From Nitrosopumilaceae archaeon (lineage in GTDB: Archaea > Thermoproteota > Nitrososphaeria > Nitrososphaerales > Nitrosopumilaceae), in the NCBI GenBank assembly GCA_965208905.1, contig OZ242365.1:1088001-1152000 (forward strand): DNA of 64,000 bases. Reading direction: 5' to 3'. Of this stretch, positions 20,431 to 29,039 are shown piece after piece. Both the position numbers and the translations under genes were made by a program. How positions within the stretch are numbered: the stretch's first letter is position 1; each line of letters starts with the position of its first letter. The notes under the pieces are model-generated. The model did no database searches. It saw only the letters and a list, made by a program, of their open reading frames with translations, and was not told the DNA's origin.

Positions 20431-20652
20431 ATCTTCTATTAAGGTTTAGCTTTGACCTGAACTGTCCCAAAGTGGTGCCTAGACTAGATATAGGGCCATG
20501 TTTAGTGGAGGGGAGATTATACGTCTAAGGTGGAAACGTAGGTCACCAACTTTCCAATTCTGGGTCAGTGTTTCTTACCAGTCCAGATTATGATGTGTAG
20601 TGTTTGTCCAAATAACACCCGGAATTCAGAAAAACCACGTCACCCGCAGATA

Positions 20653-21555
20653 TTAGGTTCGGCGCTTCCCAGTCTTACATTGTTTAAGTTTCAGCAGCAG
20701 TCTTTTAATATCCTTCTCATCTCTTACAGGCGCATAGTAGTTGCCCGTACCGTGGTGGCCAGGATCGGATACATCCTTTACAAATTCATCTTCCGTAAAA
20801 TCACCCTTCCGACCAAAATAGACTTTGATCTTACTACGCTGAACTATCGCGGTGCATAGTAGATACTCACCATCACGCCCAAATCCGACATAGTATTTCG
20901 TTGGCAATTCCTTTACTCCTGAGAATGTAGAGAGCATCCTATCACGAAGTGTCTTGTATAGTGGGTTTTTGGATTCATGTGGATTGGTGTTCGAAGTTCG
21001 TTCTTGCTCTGTGTTGGTTTCAAGTATTTTAGGTGTAGTCTTTACGGCCGTATCTATTGGACCGCGTTTACCAGCTATATACCTCAGTGTCACAATCCCA
21101 TTTTCAAACTTCCTTAACTCATACAGGCATTCATTATCTTTTTTACCCGCAGCGTATATCTGATCCTTGTTAAACTCTGGTGCGACGATTATTGCATAGA
21201 TGTTATTCCACTTGAATGAATTCGGATCCTCATGGGCGTTATACGATTTATTGTATGCCAGAGTCAGTGTAGCGCGATTATCATCCATCTTATTGAGATA
21301 GTTTTCGGCCTGCTGGCGAACCGTATCAGAACGCCTGTTCTTGTACTCGATTGCTACAAAAGTATGGGCTTGGGGGTCATATACAACCGTATCTGGAATT
21401 TTGTCTGATATTTGCATCTTACTTTTGACCAACTTTAGATTTGGAAATAGTATGTGTAGATTATCTTCGAACCACTTGTGTTGTTTACTCTCGTCGGGAA
21501 AGTTAACATCGTCCAACTCACAACATCCTTTGGTGGATGTGTAGAATGTACGCAT
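20653..21555 (-). CDS. NucS-like PD-(D/E)XK nuclease fused to DUF5655-like domain
   Basis: E...W.E.NL..LF, PDTV..FVAIEYK..QA..Y, IIVAPEF; C-terminal TKYYVGF..DVS..GH.GTG. Confidence 0.72.
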   Translation of the reverse strand: MRTFYTSTKGCCELDDVNFPDESKQHKWFEDNLHILFPNLKLVKSKMQISDKIPDTVVYDPQAHTFVAIEYKNRRSDTVRQQAENYLNKMDDNRATLTLAYNKSYNAHEDPNSFKWNNIYAIIVAPEFNKDQIYAAGKKDNECLYELRKFENGIVTLRYIAGKRGPIDTAVKTTPKILETNTEQERTSNTNPHESKNPLYKTLRDRMLSTFSGVKELPTKYYVGFGRDGEYLLCTAIVQRSKIKVYFGRKGDFTEDEFVKDVSDPGHHGTGNYYAPVRDEKDIKRLLLKLKQCKTGKRRT

Positions 21556-21752
21556 ACGTTTTTGGTATAATGGCGATATTTAATATTGTTGTAAATGTGA
21601 AGTCATGCCTGGACTAGTAATGTAGGTATGCAACCACCATTTCTACTCCGCTAAAACAGATCTCATTTCCAGTCCGGACGCCTGATGTATAAAGACCTGC
21701 GTTTCCAGTCCGGGTCAGTACTTTCCCTAGGTCAGCATTTCTTCCCAGTTCC

Positions 21753-22456
21753 GATATGGTACGGCGCGTCTCATCATTCCATGTACGGTTCGTGCGGAAT
21801 GCGGTTGCTGTATCGTATGATGTGATATTTGAGGTGTTATGGTCTGTCTTGCACACGACGGTCGGATTTGTTATCCCCCTGTCTATGCCGGCAACAACCC
21901 CGGTCTTGGCGCACCGTTCGGGTGCCGGTACGTCATATGTTATGTGTAGCCGGTAGATATGGTCACACGACTTGACATGCACCCACGACTTTGGTGTAAC
22001 CTGCACCAAACGGAAAGACCTGGCGCCATACAGCCAGTTGTGTGGAAATTGATATGACTGCTCCTCGCACAACTCAACAACACCAAGGCCCGGCAATGAC
22101 GCGTGCCTGTTGTCCACATATACAGGCTGCACATCACATGATACTGCCTTTGTATTATCGCGCTTTCTGGAGCGGAAACTTAGTTTGCCGTTGCCGTATT
22201 TGTTCGAGACATCCGCAGCAGTGCGGGCTTGGTGTATGGCAGTATTTTGGTATATACGCTCTACTGTTTGCAGCCACTGCACGGAACGCCTCATCTTGGT
22301 GAACTCCCTGGAGAGATCATATGTAGTGAGTGTGGGGTTAGTAAGCAGCCGCTCCACGGCCCAGTTGTACACGAACCGCTGTGAGTCCCGTATTTTAGAT
22401 ATGTGACGCGCCTGAGAGCGTGTCAGGTCTATGCGGAAACCATAAGACCGATACAT
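21753..22456 (-). pseudogene. tnpB: tnpB N-terminal fragment (HTH, RuvC-I)
   Basis: MYRSYGFRI..RFVYNW, FRSRK, LPGLG, AGIDRG; reads into the 9-kb transposon TIR after RRTIS. Confidence 0.88.
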
Positions 22457-22581
22457 GTAGTTTTATACACTATAATACTTTATAAATATGTATCCTACAG
22501 GACTTGCCTTGCCTGCCCAGGCATATAATTCCCTTGGCACATGTAGATGGATTTAATATTCATAATACAACAAGAGCATCA

Positions 22582-23145
22582 ATGATACATACCAAGTGGT
22601 CAGATGACTTTATGGGGATAGCGTATAGATACTTTGATCTGCGCATGAATATTGTTCCCTTACTGCCCCATAGAAAGAAGGCATTAAAGATGTGGCAGGA
22701 TGTAATACATTGGTGGTATGATGCATCCATTCGTGTCAGGTTTATAGAGTATCCAGACCAGTACAGGTTTGTCATAGGTGCCGAGTCGCGAAGACCCGAC
22801 TCGAATGTGTCATTTTACAAAATACTACACAAATCGCCACACTATGAGCGATTCAAGACAGGGTATGGTGATGCAGCATATCTGCGTCTGGGAGAGTACT
22901 CAACAAAGAGACTACAGGATGTAAAGGATTCAGATGTATGCAACTGTGGTCATCCGGCAGGAGACCATGCAGATGATGAGAGTACAGAGTGTCTGGAGGA
23001 CGGGTGTGATTGTAATGAGTTTGTTCAGACGCAGGTGTACATGTTGCGGCGTAAAAAGACCATAACAGACATTGTATTCTTGGATTATACGGATATAGAA
23101 AAAGATCCATTATCTTGGAACTGTATAAACTCCAATCCTAGTTGA
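22582..23145 (+). CDS. conserved hypothetical protein with Cys/His cluster
   Basis: CNCGH...H...C..C.C motif; the track start (22504) lies inside the mobile element, so ATG at 22582 is preferred. Confidence 0.75.
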   Translation: MIHTKWSDDFMGIAYRYFDLRMNIVPLLPHRKKALKMWQDVIHWWYDASIRVRFIEYPDQYRFVIGAESRRPDSNVSFYKILHKSPHYERFKTGYGDAAYLRLGEYSTKRLQDVKDSDVCNCGHPAGDHADDESTECLEDGCDCNEFVQTQVYMLRRKKTITDIVFLDYTDIEKDPLSWNCINSNPS

Positions 23146-24466
23146 AGCGACTACGGTCACCACGACTGCCGCGACCACCACGACTGCCACCGCCGCGGTT
23201 ATTGTCTCGACCAGTGTCTCTACCATTCCCTCGACTGTAACCGCCACGGCCACCAAATCCGCCACGGCCAAAGCGTCGACGACCCTGCCCATTTCGGGGC
23301 GGCCCACCTCTATGAGAACCCACAACACGCTTGAGGGGGTCGGGTATATTCACCTCTATTCCTAACTCTTTGTTGAGGTCTGTGAGTTCTACTTTTATCT
23401 GGCGCTTTATCAGATTCCAGTCAGATATTGACGAGTATGACACAAATGTAATGGCCTTGCCCTTTGCGCCTGCGCGAGCAGTCCGTCCTATGCGGTGAAA
23501 GTATATCAAATCCTGATTGGGCACATCATAATTTATCACCAACTGTACCCGGGGAACGTCTATACCTCTAGCTGCAACATCGGTTGCCACAAGGATCTCA
23601 GCCTTACCGCTACGAAATTTACCCATGGACAACTCTCGGCGGTGCTGTGACATGTCACCTTCTATGGCCACTGCGTCTAACTTTTGACGATGTAGTATTC
23701 TAACCACATCCCGTGTTCTATACTTGGTAGAGCAGAATACTATCTTTTGTCCTTTAGTGTCCGCTATAAAGTTGAAGAGATGTTCGGGTTTGTCACGATC
23801 TTTGAGTACTAGAAACGACTGGTCTATGCCCTCACCGCTGAGATCATCGGCATCCAACAAGAATTGTTTTGGGTTTTGTAGATACTCTTCAGACAATCGC
23901 AGTATCTCCACTGGCATTGTAGCAGAGAACATTGACATCACCTTCTCCTCGGGAACCAAATCCAAGACAAACTGTATGTCATCTATAAAGCCCATATCCA
24001 GCATGGTGTCGGCCTCATCAAGTACCACATGTCGTATATCGTTGAGCTCAATTGTGCCACGTTTTATGTGATCAATTAACCTACCAGGGGTTGCCACTAA
24101 TATTTCAACTCCTCGTTCCAGAGAATCTATTTGCACGTTCATGCTCTGACCACCATAGATGGTAGCTACACGAAGATCTGTATACTTGCCAAACTTTCGT
24201 ATCTCATCGGTTATCTGCATCGCCAGCTCACGGGTTGGTGCCAAGATCAGTCCCTGAATAGTTCTGTTGGGTGGTATATCCTGTAGCATGGATACAGCAT
24301 ATGCTGCAGTCTTGCCAGAGCCTGTATGAGCCTGTCCTATGACGTCCCGTCCAGATAACAGGACGGGTACTGCCGCCTCCTGTATGGGAAAAGCTTCCTC
24401 GAAGTTTATCTTATCTAGTGCTTTCAGGATAGTCTCGTTTATTCCCAGATCACTAAATTTTGTCAT
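23138..24466 (-). CDS. DEAD-box RNA helicase
   Basis: Q motif, GSGKT, PTRELA, DEAD, SAT, ARGID, HRIGRTAR, RGG-rich tail. Confidence 0.96.
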   Translation of the reverse strand: MTKFSDLGINETILKALDKINFEEAFPIQEAAVPVLLSGRDVIGQAHTGSGKTAAYAVSMLQDIPPNRTIQGLILAPTRELAMQITDEIRKFGKYTDLRVATIYGGQSMNVQIDSLERGVEILVATPGRLIDHIKRGTIELNDIRHVVLDEADTMLDMGFIDDIQFVLDLVPEEKVMSMFSATMPVEILRLSEEYLQNPKQFLLDADDLSGEGIDQSFLVLKDRDKPEHLFNFIADTKGQKIVFCSTKYRTRDVVRILHRQKLDAVAIEGDMSQHRRELSMGKFRSGKAEILVATDVAARGIDVPRVQLVINYDVPNQDLIYFHRIGRTARAGAKGKAITFVSYSSISDWNLIKRQIKVELTDLNKELGIEVNIPDPLKRVVGSHRGGPPRNGQGRRRFGRGGFGGRGGYSRGNGRDTGRDNNRGGGSRGGRGSRGDRSRFN

Positions 24467-24733
24467 TCCCTACTCTTGTACGACGAATCACTAACATCAC
24501 ACTACAAATCATTTAATTAAAATAAATTTTTGATACTCATATAAGCGCTTGTTATAATTTGTAGGCGGCTTTCTGGCTAACTTTTGTCGTCTGTTTGTTA
24601 GATTAAGACGTTTAATGTGACTGAGAGTTCGATTTAGACTTGTATTATCCGCACCTGGTAGTGATTTACTGTACGGCAAGGTGGACTTTTGCGCCAACAA
24701 TTATTCTAGTAACCTTCCTTGGAGTCGCCTTTG

Positions 24734-25744
24734 TTACTCTGTGGGAATGCTTTGTATACGTTCTATGGCCGTCTGGAATACCGAAAATGGTTGCGCACCA
24801 GATATCAGAACATATCCAATCTGATCATTGCCCACAAAGAATGCAGGTGTACCAGTCACGCCATACGAAACACCATCAGTATAATCAGATGCCACCTCAG
24901 ATATGTGGTCACCAGATCCAAGACATTCATCAAAGGCATCAGTATCAAGTTCCATATCAGCAGCATATGTCTGGAATACCTCAATGGCACTAACAGAGTC
25001 CAGACCACCCCACAATCCCATATTCTCAAAGAGTATATCATGATAATCCCAGTAGGCATCCTGCTCATGGGCGCACTCTGATGCCACGGCAGCGGCAACT
25101 GCGTTGGGGTGTATATTCTGTAGTGGAAAGTCTCTGTATACCAGCTTTGCCACGCCTGTCTCTATATAAGTGGACTTCAGATCGGGTAGAGTTTCAGTGT
25201 AGAATCGTGCGCAGAATGGACATTGAAAGTCCGAGAACTCGATTATTGTAATGGGCGCATCGCTATTGCCAAGTACGGGATCATCATCTGCACTAGGAAT
25301 AATTGGAGGTGGGGCAGTAGCAGACTCTGGGTCGGTGAGCATCTTATCTTCCAAGGCCCTCATCTCATCAGATAGTGTATCTATCTTATCTTCTAAAAAT
25401 AGAACTGCCTGATTCAAGTCCGACATCTCTATTGGGTCCTGATTAAGAATGGGTGCAGATAGTCCAGCAAAGAACGCAGCAACCCCCACAGTGGCTATGA
25501 GTGCAGCGTATAGACCCTTGTTGACGGGTCTGCTACCATCAGCATGTTGGCGAGTTTTTGGTGGATCATCATGTGTATCTTTGTCCTTAGGGGTAGTAAC
25601 TTCGTCTTCGGGGGCAGTATCTTTGTCGTTAAGGGCAGTATTTTCGTCTTCAGGAGCAGTATCTTCATCTTCAGGGGTTGTAACTTTGTCTTTAGGGGCA
25701 GTATCTTTAGGTGTGATCTCGTCGGGTTTTGGTATATCGGACAA
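24734..25744 (-). CDS. DsbA-family thiol-disulfide oxidoreductase, membrane anchored
   Basis: EFSDFQCPFC, RDFPL..H, GVTGTP; TM segment; start placed at TTG 25744 because the track start overlaps tRNA-Thr. Confidence 0.88.
   Translation of the reverse strand: MSDIPKPDEITPKDTAPKDKVTTPEDEDTAPEDENTALNDKDTAPEDEVTTPKDKDTHDDPPKTRQHADGSRPVNKGLYAALIATVGVAAFFAGLSAPILNQDPIEMSDLNQAVLFLEDKIDTLSDEMRALEDKMLTDPESATAPPPIIPSADDDPVLGNSDAPITIIEFSDFQCPFCARFYTETLPDLKSTYIETGVAKLVYRDFPLQNIHPNAVAAAVASECAHEQDAYWDYHDILFENMGLWGGLDSVSAIEVFQTYAADMELDTDAFDECLGSGDHISEVASDYTDGVSYGVTGTPAFFVGNDQIGYVLISGAQPFSVFQTAIERIQSIPTE
25575..25722. repeat. degenerate 21-nt (7-aa) tandem repeat in the DsbA N-terminus
   Basis: PKDKVTT/PEDEDTA/PEDENTA/LNDKDTA/PEDEVTT/PKDKDT. 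Confidence 0.75.
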
Positions 25745-25783
25745 TACGACTTGTATAAAACATCGCACAATATTAATGATAAA

Positions 25784-25858
25784 AGCCAATGACGGGATCC
25801 GAACCCGCGACCTTTCGCTTACAAGGCGAATGCTCTAGCCAGGCTGAGCTACATTGGC
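25784..25858 (-). tRNA. tRNA-Thr(TGT)
   Basis: rc GCCAATGTAGCTCAGCCTGG...TTCGC-CT-TGT-AA-GCGAA...GGTTCGGATCCCGTCATTGGC. Confidence 0.93.
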
Positions 25859-26012
25859 ATGAGGCATTGTGTACATATTGGCGATTTAAATTATGTGGAA
25901 GATTAGTCGGGCATTATATCGCTGAGCAAGCACACGGCGATGCGTACTTATCGATATAATCTCCTCTGACAAATACATTAGTCTTTAATATCACGGATAG
26001 AATCTCGATTCA

Positions 26013-26249
26013 ATGAGAAAGATTCCCAAAAAGAGGCTGCGTATAATCATGATAGTGTTTCTAAGTACGGGTGCCTGGGGCATAATACTAGGAATGATAC
26101 TGCCATTGACATCGTCATTTCCAATGTATATAACCATACTGGGTGTAACGCAGTTGGGTCTGGGCGGATTCTTTGGATGGAAGTATCTGACACAGGAGTC
26201 CGATGATAATGATGATAGTAAAAGGCAGCGACGCAGAAGGCGCCGTTAA
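26013..26249 (+). CDS. small two-TM membrane protein
   Basis: Two hydrophobic segments and an Arg-rich tail. Confidence 0.7.
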   Translation: MRKIPKKRLRIIMIVFLSTGAWGIILGMILPLTSSFPMYITILGVTQLGLGGFFGWKYLTQESDDNDDSKRQRRRRRR

Positions 26250-26349
26250 TTTTGTTTATATCATCAATTCAAGGACTATGACCTACAAGGGTTCGGTGGT
26301 ATCATGAGGAATTATGAAACGCTGTCCCTACAAACTCTAGGTTAAATAA

Positions 26350-26922
26350 ATGGATACACAGACGACATCTATGCTAGATTTAGTGGCCAAACATCTGTTC
26401 CTAACAAAGGGTAAAGGGGTTCATGAAGACAAGTTGACCAGTTTTGAGTATGCTCTGCGGGATGCAGGGATAGCTGGAACCAATCTGGTTCTAATATCCA
26501 GCATATTTCCTCCCCATGCATCCCTCATACCCCGCAGTGAGGGTCTAAAGTTGATCAAGCCCGGGCAGATACTATTTACAATATACTCAAAGAATCAGAC
26601 CAACGAGCCACACCGCCTCTGTGGCGCATCCGTTGGATTGGCTAGGCCTACGGATCCCACACGATATGGATACCTATCAGAGTACGACTCTTTTGGTCAG
26701 AATGAGCAACAGACAGGTGATTATGCAGAGGACGTTGCCGCTCAGATGTTGGCATCATCGTTGGGTATCGACTTGGATATAGAAAAAAGTTGGAATGAAA
26801 AGAGACAGCAGTGGACAATATCAGGTCAGATATACAACTCATCCAACATAACACAGACCGCCAAGGGGGACAGAGATGGTAAGTGGACCACAGTCTTTGC
26901 GGCAGCAGTGTTACTGCTTTAA
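26350..26922 (+). CDS. pdaD: pyruvoyl-dependent arginine decarboxylase
   Basis: SFEYALRDAGIA..NLV.ISSI cleavage site, YGYLSE, WTTVFAAAV. Confidence 0.93.
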   Translation: MDTQTTSMLDLVAKHLFLTKGKGVHEDKLTSFEYALRDAGIAGTNLVLISSIFPPHASLIPRSEGLKLIKPGQILFTIYSKNQTNEPHRLCGASVGLARPTDPTRYGYLSEYDSFGQNEQQTGDYAEDVAAQMLASSLGIDLDIEKSWNEKRQQWTISGQIYNSSNITQTAKGDRDGKWTTVFAAAVLLL

Positions 26923-28112
26923 CGCCTATATCCTTTTAGGTAGAATGCCGCAGCTGCACCACCTGCAATCACCACTATTATAACCACCACCAGCGAGTCG
27001 GTCACATCATACGGTGTAGGTTCCATTGGTGCAGCATCAGATGTGGTATCGTCGGTCTGAGTCATATCATCCGGTACAGGCTTTGTAGTATTAGAGGGCG
27101 ACATGTCCAGTGTTATGCGGGTCTCGCCAACACTAACAGAGTCCAACTCACCCAACAGAAAGGTTCCTCGAATCAAGCTTCCAGAGTCAGGATCAAAGAA
27201 CCAACCACGGTCAGTCACATCATCAGGTCTGCCATCCATACCAGGTAGTGTTGTAATCACATCAGAGATTGAGGGCGCACTACTAGAGGATATTGCCACC
27301 CGTACAAGTGAACTTAGCGGGTAAAAGCCATCATCAAAGTACGATGAACGATGTATGGTATCAACGCCCAGACGCTCTAATGGGTCTATATCATCAGTTA
27401 GCGTATCGACATACGACTTGGTGACTCGTAGCTGTGTTATAGGACCTGCACTCTCCACATCCATCACAAAGAGCAGAAACGAGTTCTCATCTGTGGCCAG
27501 TATCTTGGCAGCATCGACAAACCCGCCACCCTGTGCTATATCTTGTGGAAATACTGTGTTTAGGAACTTTTCATAGAGTGATAGTGTTGTATCATTCTGT
27601 ATGGTATACACTACTGATACTGTATTATACGTCATTGCCTTGCCGGGCACACTTAATGCAGTATGTTGTTCATCATTAAAGTGCACAAATACAGAGTGAA
27701 AGTCTGCAGTTAGGCCAAGTGCACTGTTCAGTCTTGAGATAAATTGATCCCCCACCAGACGCGTTCCATTCTGCACCATGCCAATATCGGTCTCTTCGGG
27801 TATGCGTGCGACATTCACTATAAGACATGCCTCATCTACAACCCCCGGCACGCAACCATTAGCATTGGTGAATAGGACTCCCAATACTCGAGGGTGATCC
27901 CACAGATCCCGCTCCAATGTATTTGATATTATAGTGTCATCGATATTCGAGGTCATGTGCACGATTGTGGCAGTACCAGTGTCTATATCATCATACAGGA
28001 CAACCTGAACGCTTTCTATATAATGTGAAATATCCATACTCTGCGCAGCAGAGGGTATCACAAAAGACAACAAAATCACAAAAGACAGCAGGGCAGCCGA
28101 TGGTATCATCAT
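26919..28112 (-). CDS. secreted/surface protein with C-terminal membrane anchor
   Basis: Signal peptide, P/T/D-rich linker, C-terminal TM plus FYLKGYRR. Confidence 0.8.
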   Translation of the reverse strand: MMIPSAALLSFVILLSFVIPSAAQSMDISHYIESVQVVLYDDIDTGTATIVHMTSNIDDTIISNTLERDLWDHPRVLGVLFTNANGCVPGVVDEACLIVNVARIPEETDIGMVQNGTRLVGDQFISRLNSALGLTADFHSVFVHFNDEQHTALSVPGKAMTYNTVSVVYTIQNDTTLSLYEKFLNTVFPQDIAQGGGFVDAAKILATDENSFLLFVMDVESAGPITQLRVTKSYVDTLTDDIDPLERLGVDTIHRSSYFDDGFYPLSSLVRVAISSSSAPSISDVITTLPGMDGRPDDVTDRGWFFDPDSGSLIRGTFLLGELDSVSVGETRITLDMSPSNTTKPVPDDMTQTDDTTSDAAPMEPTPYDVTDSLVVVIIVVIAGGAAAAFYLKGYRR

Positions 28113-28231
28113 GTGTCAACGATATGCTGTAAAATTATTAAACCATACGGAATGTGTTGTTTGTCAAGCAACCGTATAGTGTTACAGCATACAGGGACAA
28201 CACAAATTTGCTTGTCCATATACTATACAGT

Positions 28232-28810
28232 ATGGCACTAGTACCATTTTTGGATGAAGCTCTCACATATCCGATATTTTCCATAATTGCCATGGGTGGT
28301 GCAGCCTTTGTGGGGCTGCTGCACGGCTACATAATAGGTAAGGCAATAGTGTCACGATTCGATATTGTGTATAGACACGCCAAACCATTCTCCATACTAT
28401 TTGGGATACTATTCTTGGCCAATGCACTGCTTAGTCTGCCGCGATTTTCATCTCCTGACAAGATACGACTATCCGTACTCTTTGATTCGGCAGAGCCCAG
28501 TGTATTTGTAGATTTGATGTTTGATTTGATTGGTGTCGGTAGTGGCCTGATTGCAGTACTAGCCATATCCTTGACTGTACTAAGCCTGATACTGCTCAAG
28601 ATAGCCCCCATCCGGGGAGCCGCAAAGGCATTTGCCATAATAGTGAGTGGTCTAGTTTTGGTACTCACAGTACAGGCCAGGTTCACATACCTGTCACCCA
28701 GTAGTTTTGAGATACTACTTTATTTTATGTATCAAATTAGTGTAGTAGCTGGAGTCATAGTTGGGATCATACGGTATAAGGTTCCTCCCGCAAAGTCGGG
28801 TGATGGTTGA
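28232..28810 (+). CDS. multi-pass membrane protein
   Basis: About 5 hydrophobic helices; ATG at 28232 preferred. Confidence 0.75.
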   Translation: MALVPFLDEALTYPIFSIIAMGGAAFVGLLHGYIIGKAIVSRFDIVYRHAKPFSILFGILFLANALLSLPRFSSPDKIRLSVLFDSAEPSVFVDLMFDLIGVGSGLIAVLAISLTVLSLILLKIAPIRGAAKAFAIIVSGLVLVLTVQARFTYLSPSSFEILLYFMYQISVVAGVIVGIIRYKVPPAKSGDG

Positions 28811-29039
28811 TGTGTTGTTGTATAGTGTTAAATACGTCATTAAACCGTACTATATGATGGCGCTTGTCAAAATGGGCTGGTAACTTATCCGCGCTTGAAA
28901 AGCCCATGTTAGAATTACAATATTCTCCAAAAAAGCCGTGATTTTTACATTTCAAGTCCGCACCACCCACCAACAACCACAATGCGCAAATACGGAATCT
29001 TGGAACAACCTTAAAACGTACCTCGGGAAAAACAATACC

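Larger units (their letters stand above)
18844..20485. repeat. perfect 24-bp inverted repeat pair enclosing two convergent genes
   Basis: AGTCTAGGCACCACTTTGGGACAG at 18844-18867; reverse complement at 20462-20485. Confidence 0.9.
12770..21752. mobile_element. 9-kb cargo transposon with SWIM/IS6-like DDE transposase
   Basis: 42-bp TIRs GG(G/A)ACTGGGAAGAAATGCTGACCTAGGGAAAGT(G/A)CTGACCCG with 2 mismatches; 8-bp TSD GATATGGT (12762-12769, 21753-21760). Confidence 0.93.
10872..22533. mobile_element. TnpB-only element with TIRs and 8-bp TSD (1420 bp after removing two nested insertions)
   Basis: TIRs GGGAATTATATACCTGGG (10872-10889) / CCCAGGCATATAATTCCC (22516-22533), 17/18 match; TSD TTGGCACA at 10864-10871 and 22534-22541. 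Confidence 0.85.

Noticed and set aside
12770-21752. Casposon or provirus
   Set aside because: No Cas1, PolB, integrase or capsid genes; the DDE transposase and 8-bp TSD explain the ends.
21614-21752. C-terminus of the 280-aa track ORF (and ORF 12656..12901) as genuine protein
   Set aside because: These are read-through into TIR sequence; both translate the same LGRNADLGKVLTR repeat on one strand or the other.
10872-22533. One single element co-encoding a functional TnpB and the SWIM transposase
   Set aside because: The transposase lies within its own TIR/TSD unit that interrupts tnpB, and the two TIR sequences differ.
22504-22581. Track start of the 213-aa ORF
   Set aside because: It begins inside the TnpB element TIR/TSD; ATG at 22582 follows an AT-rich promoter-like stretch.
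25784-25858. tRNA genes as integration sites for the islands
   Set aside because: No duplicated tRNA 3' end was noticed for any of the four tRNAs, and the islands are not adjacent to them.
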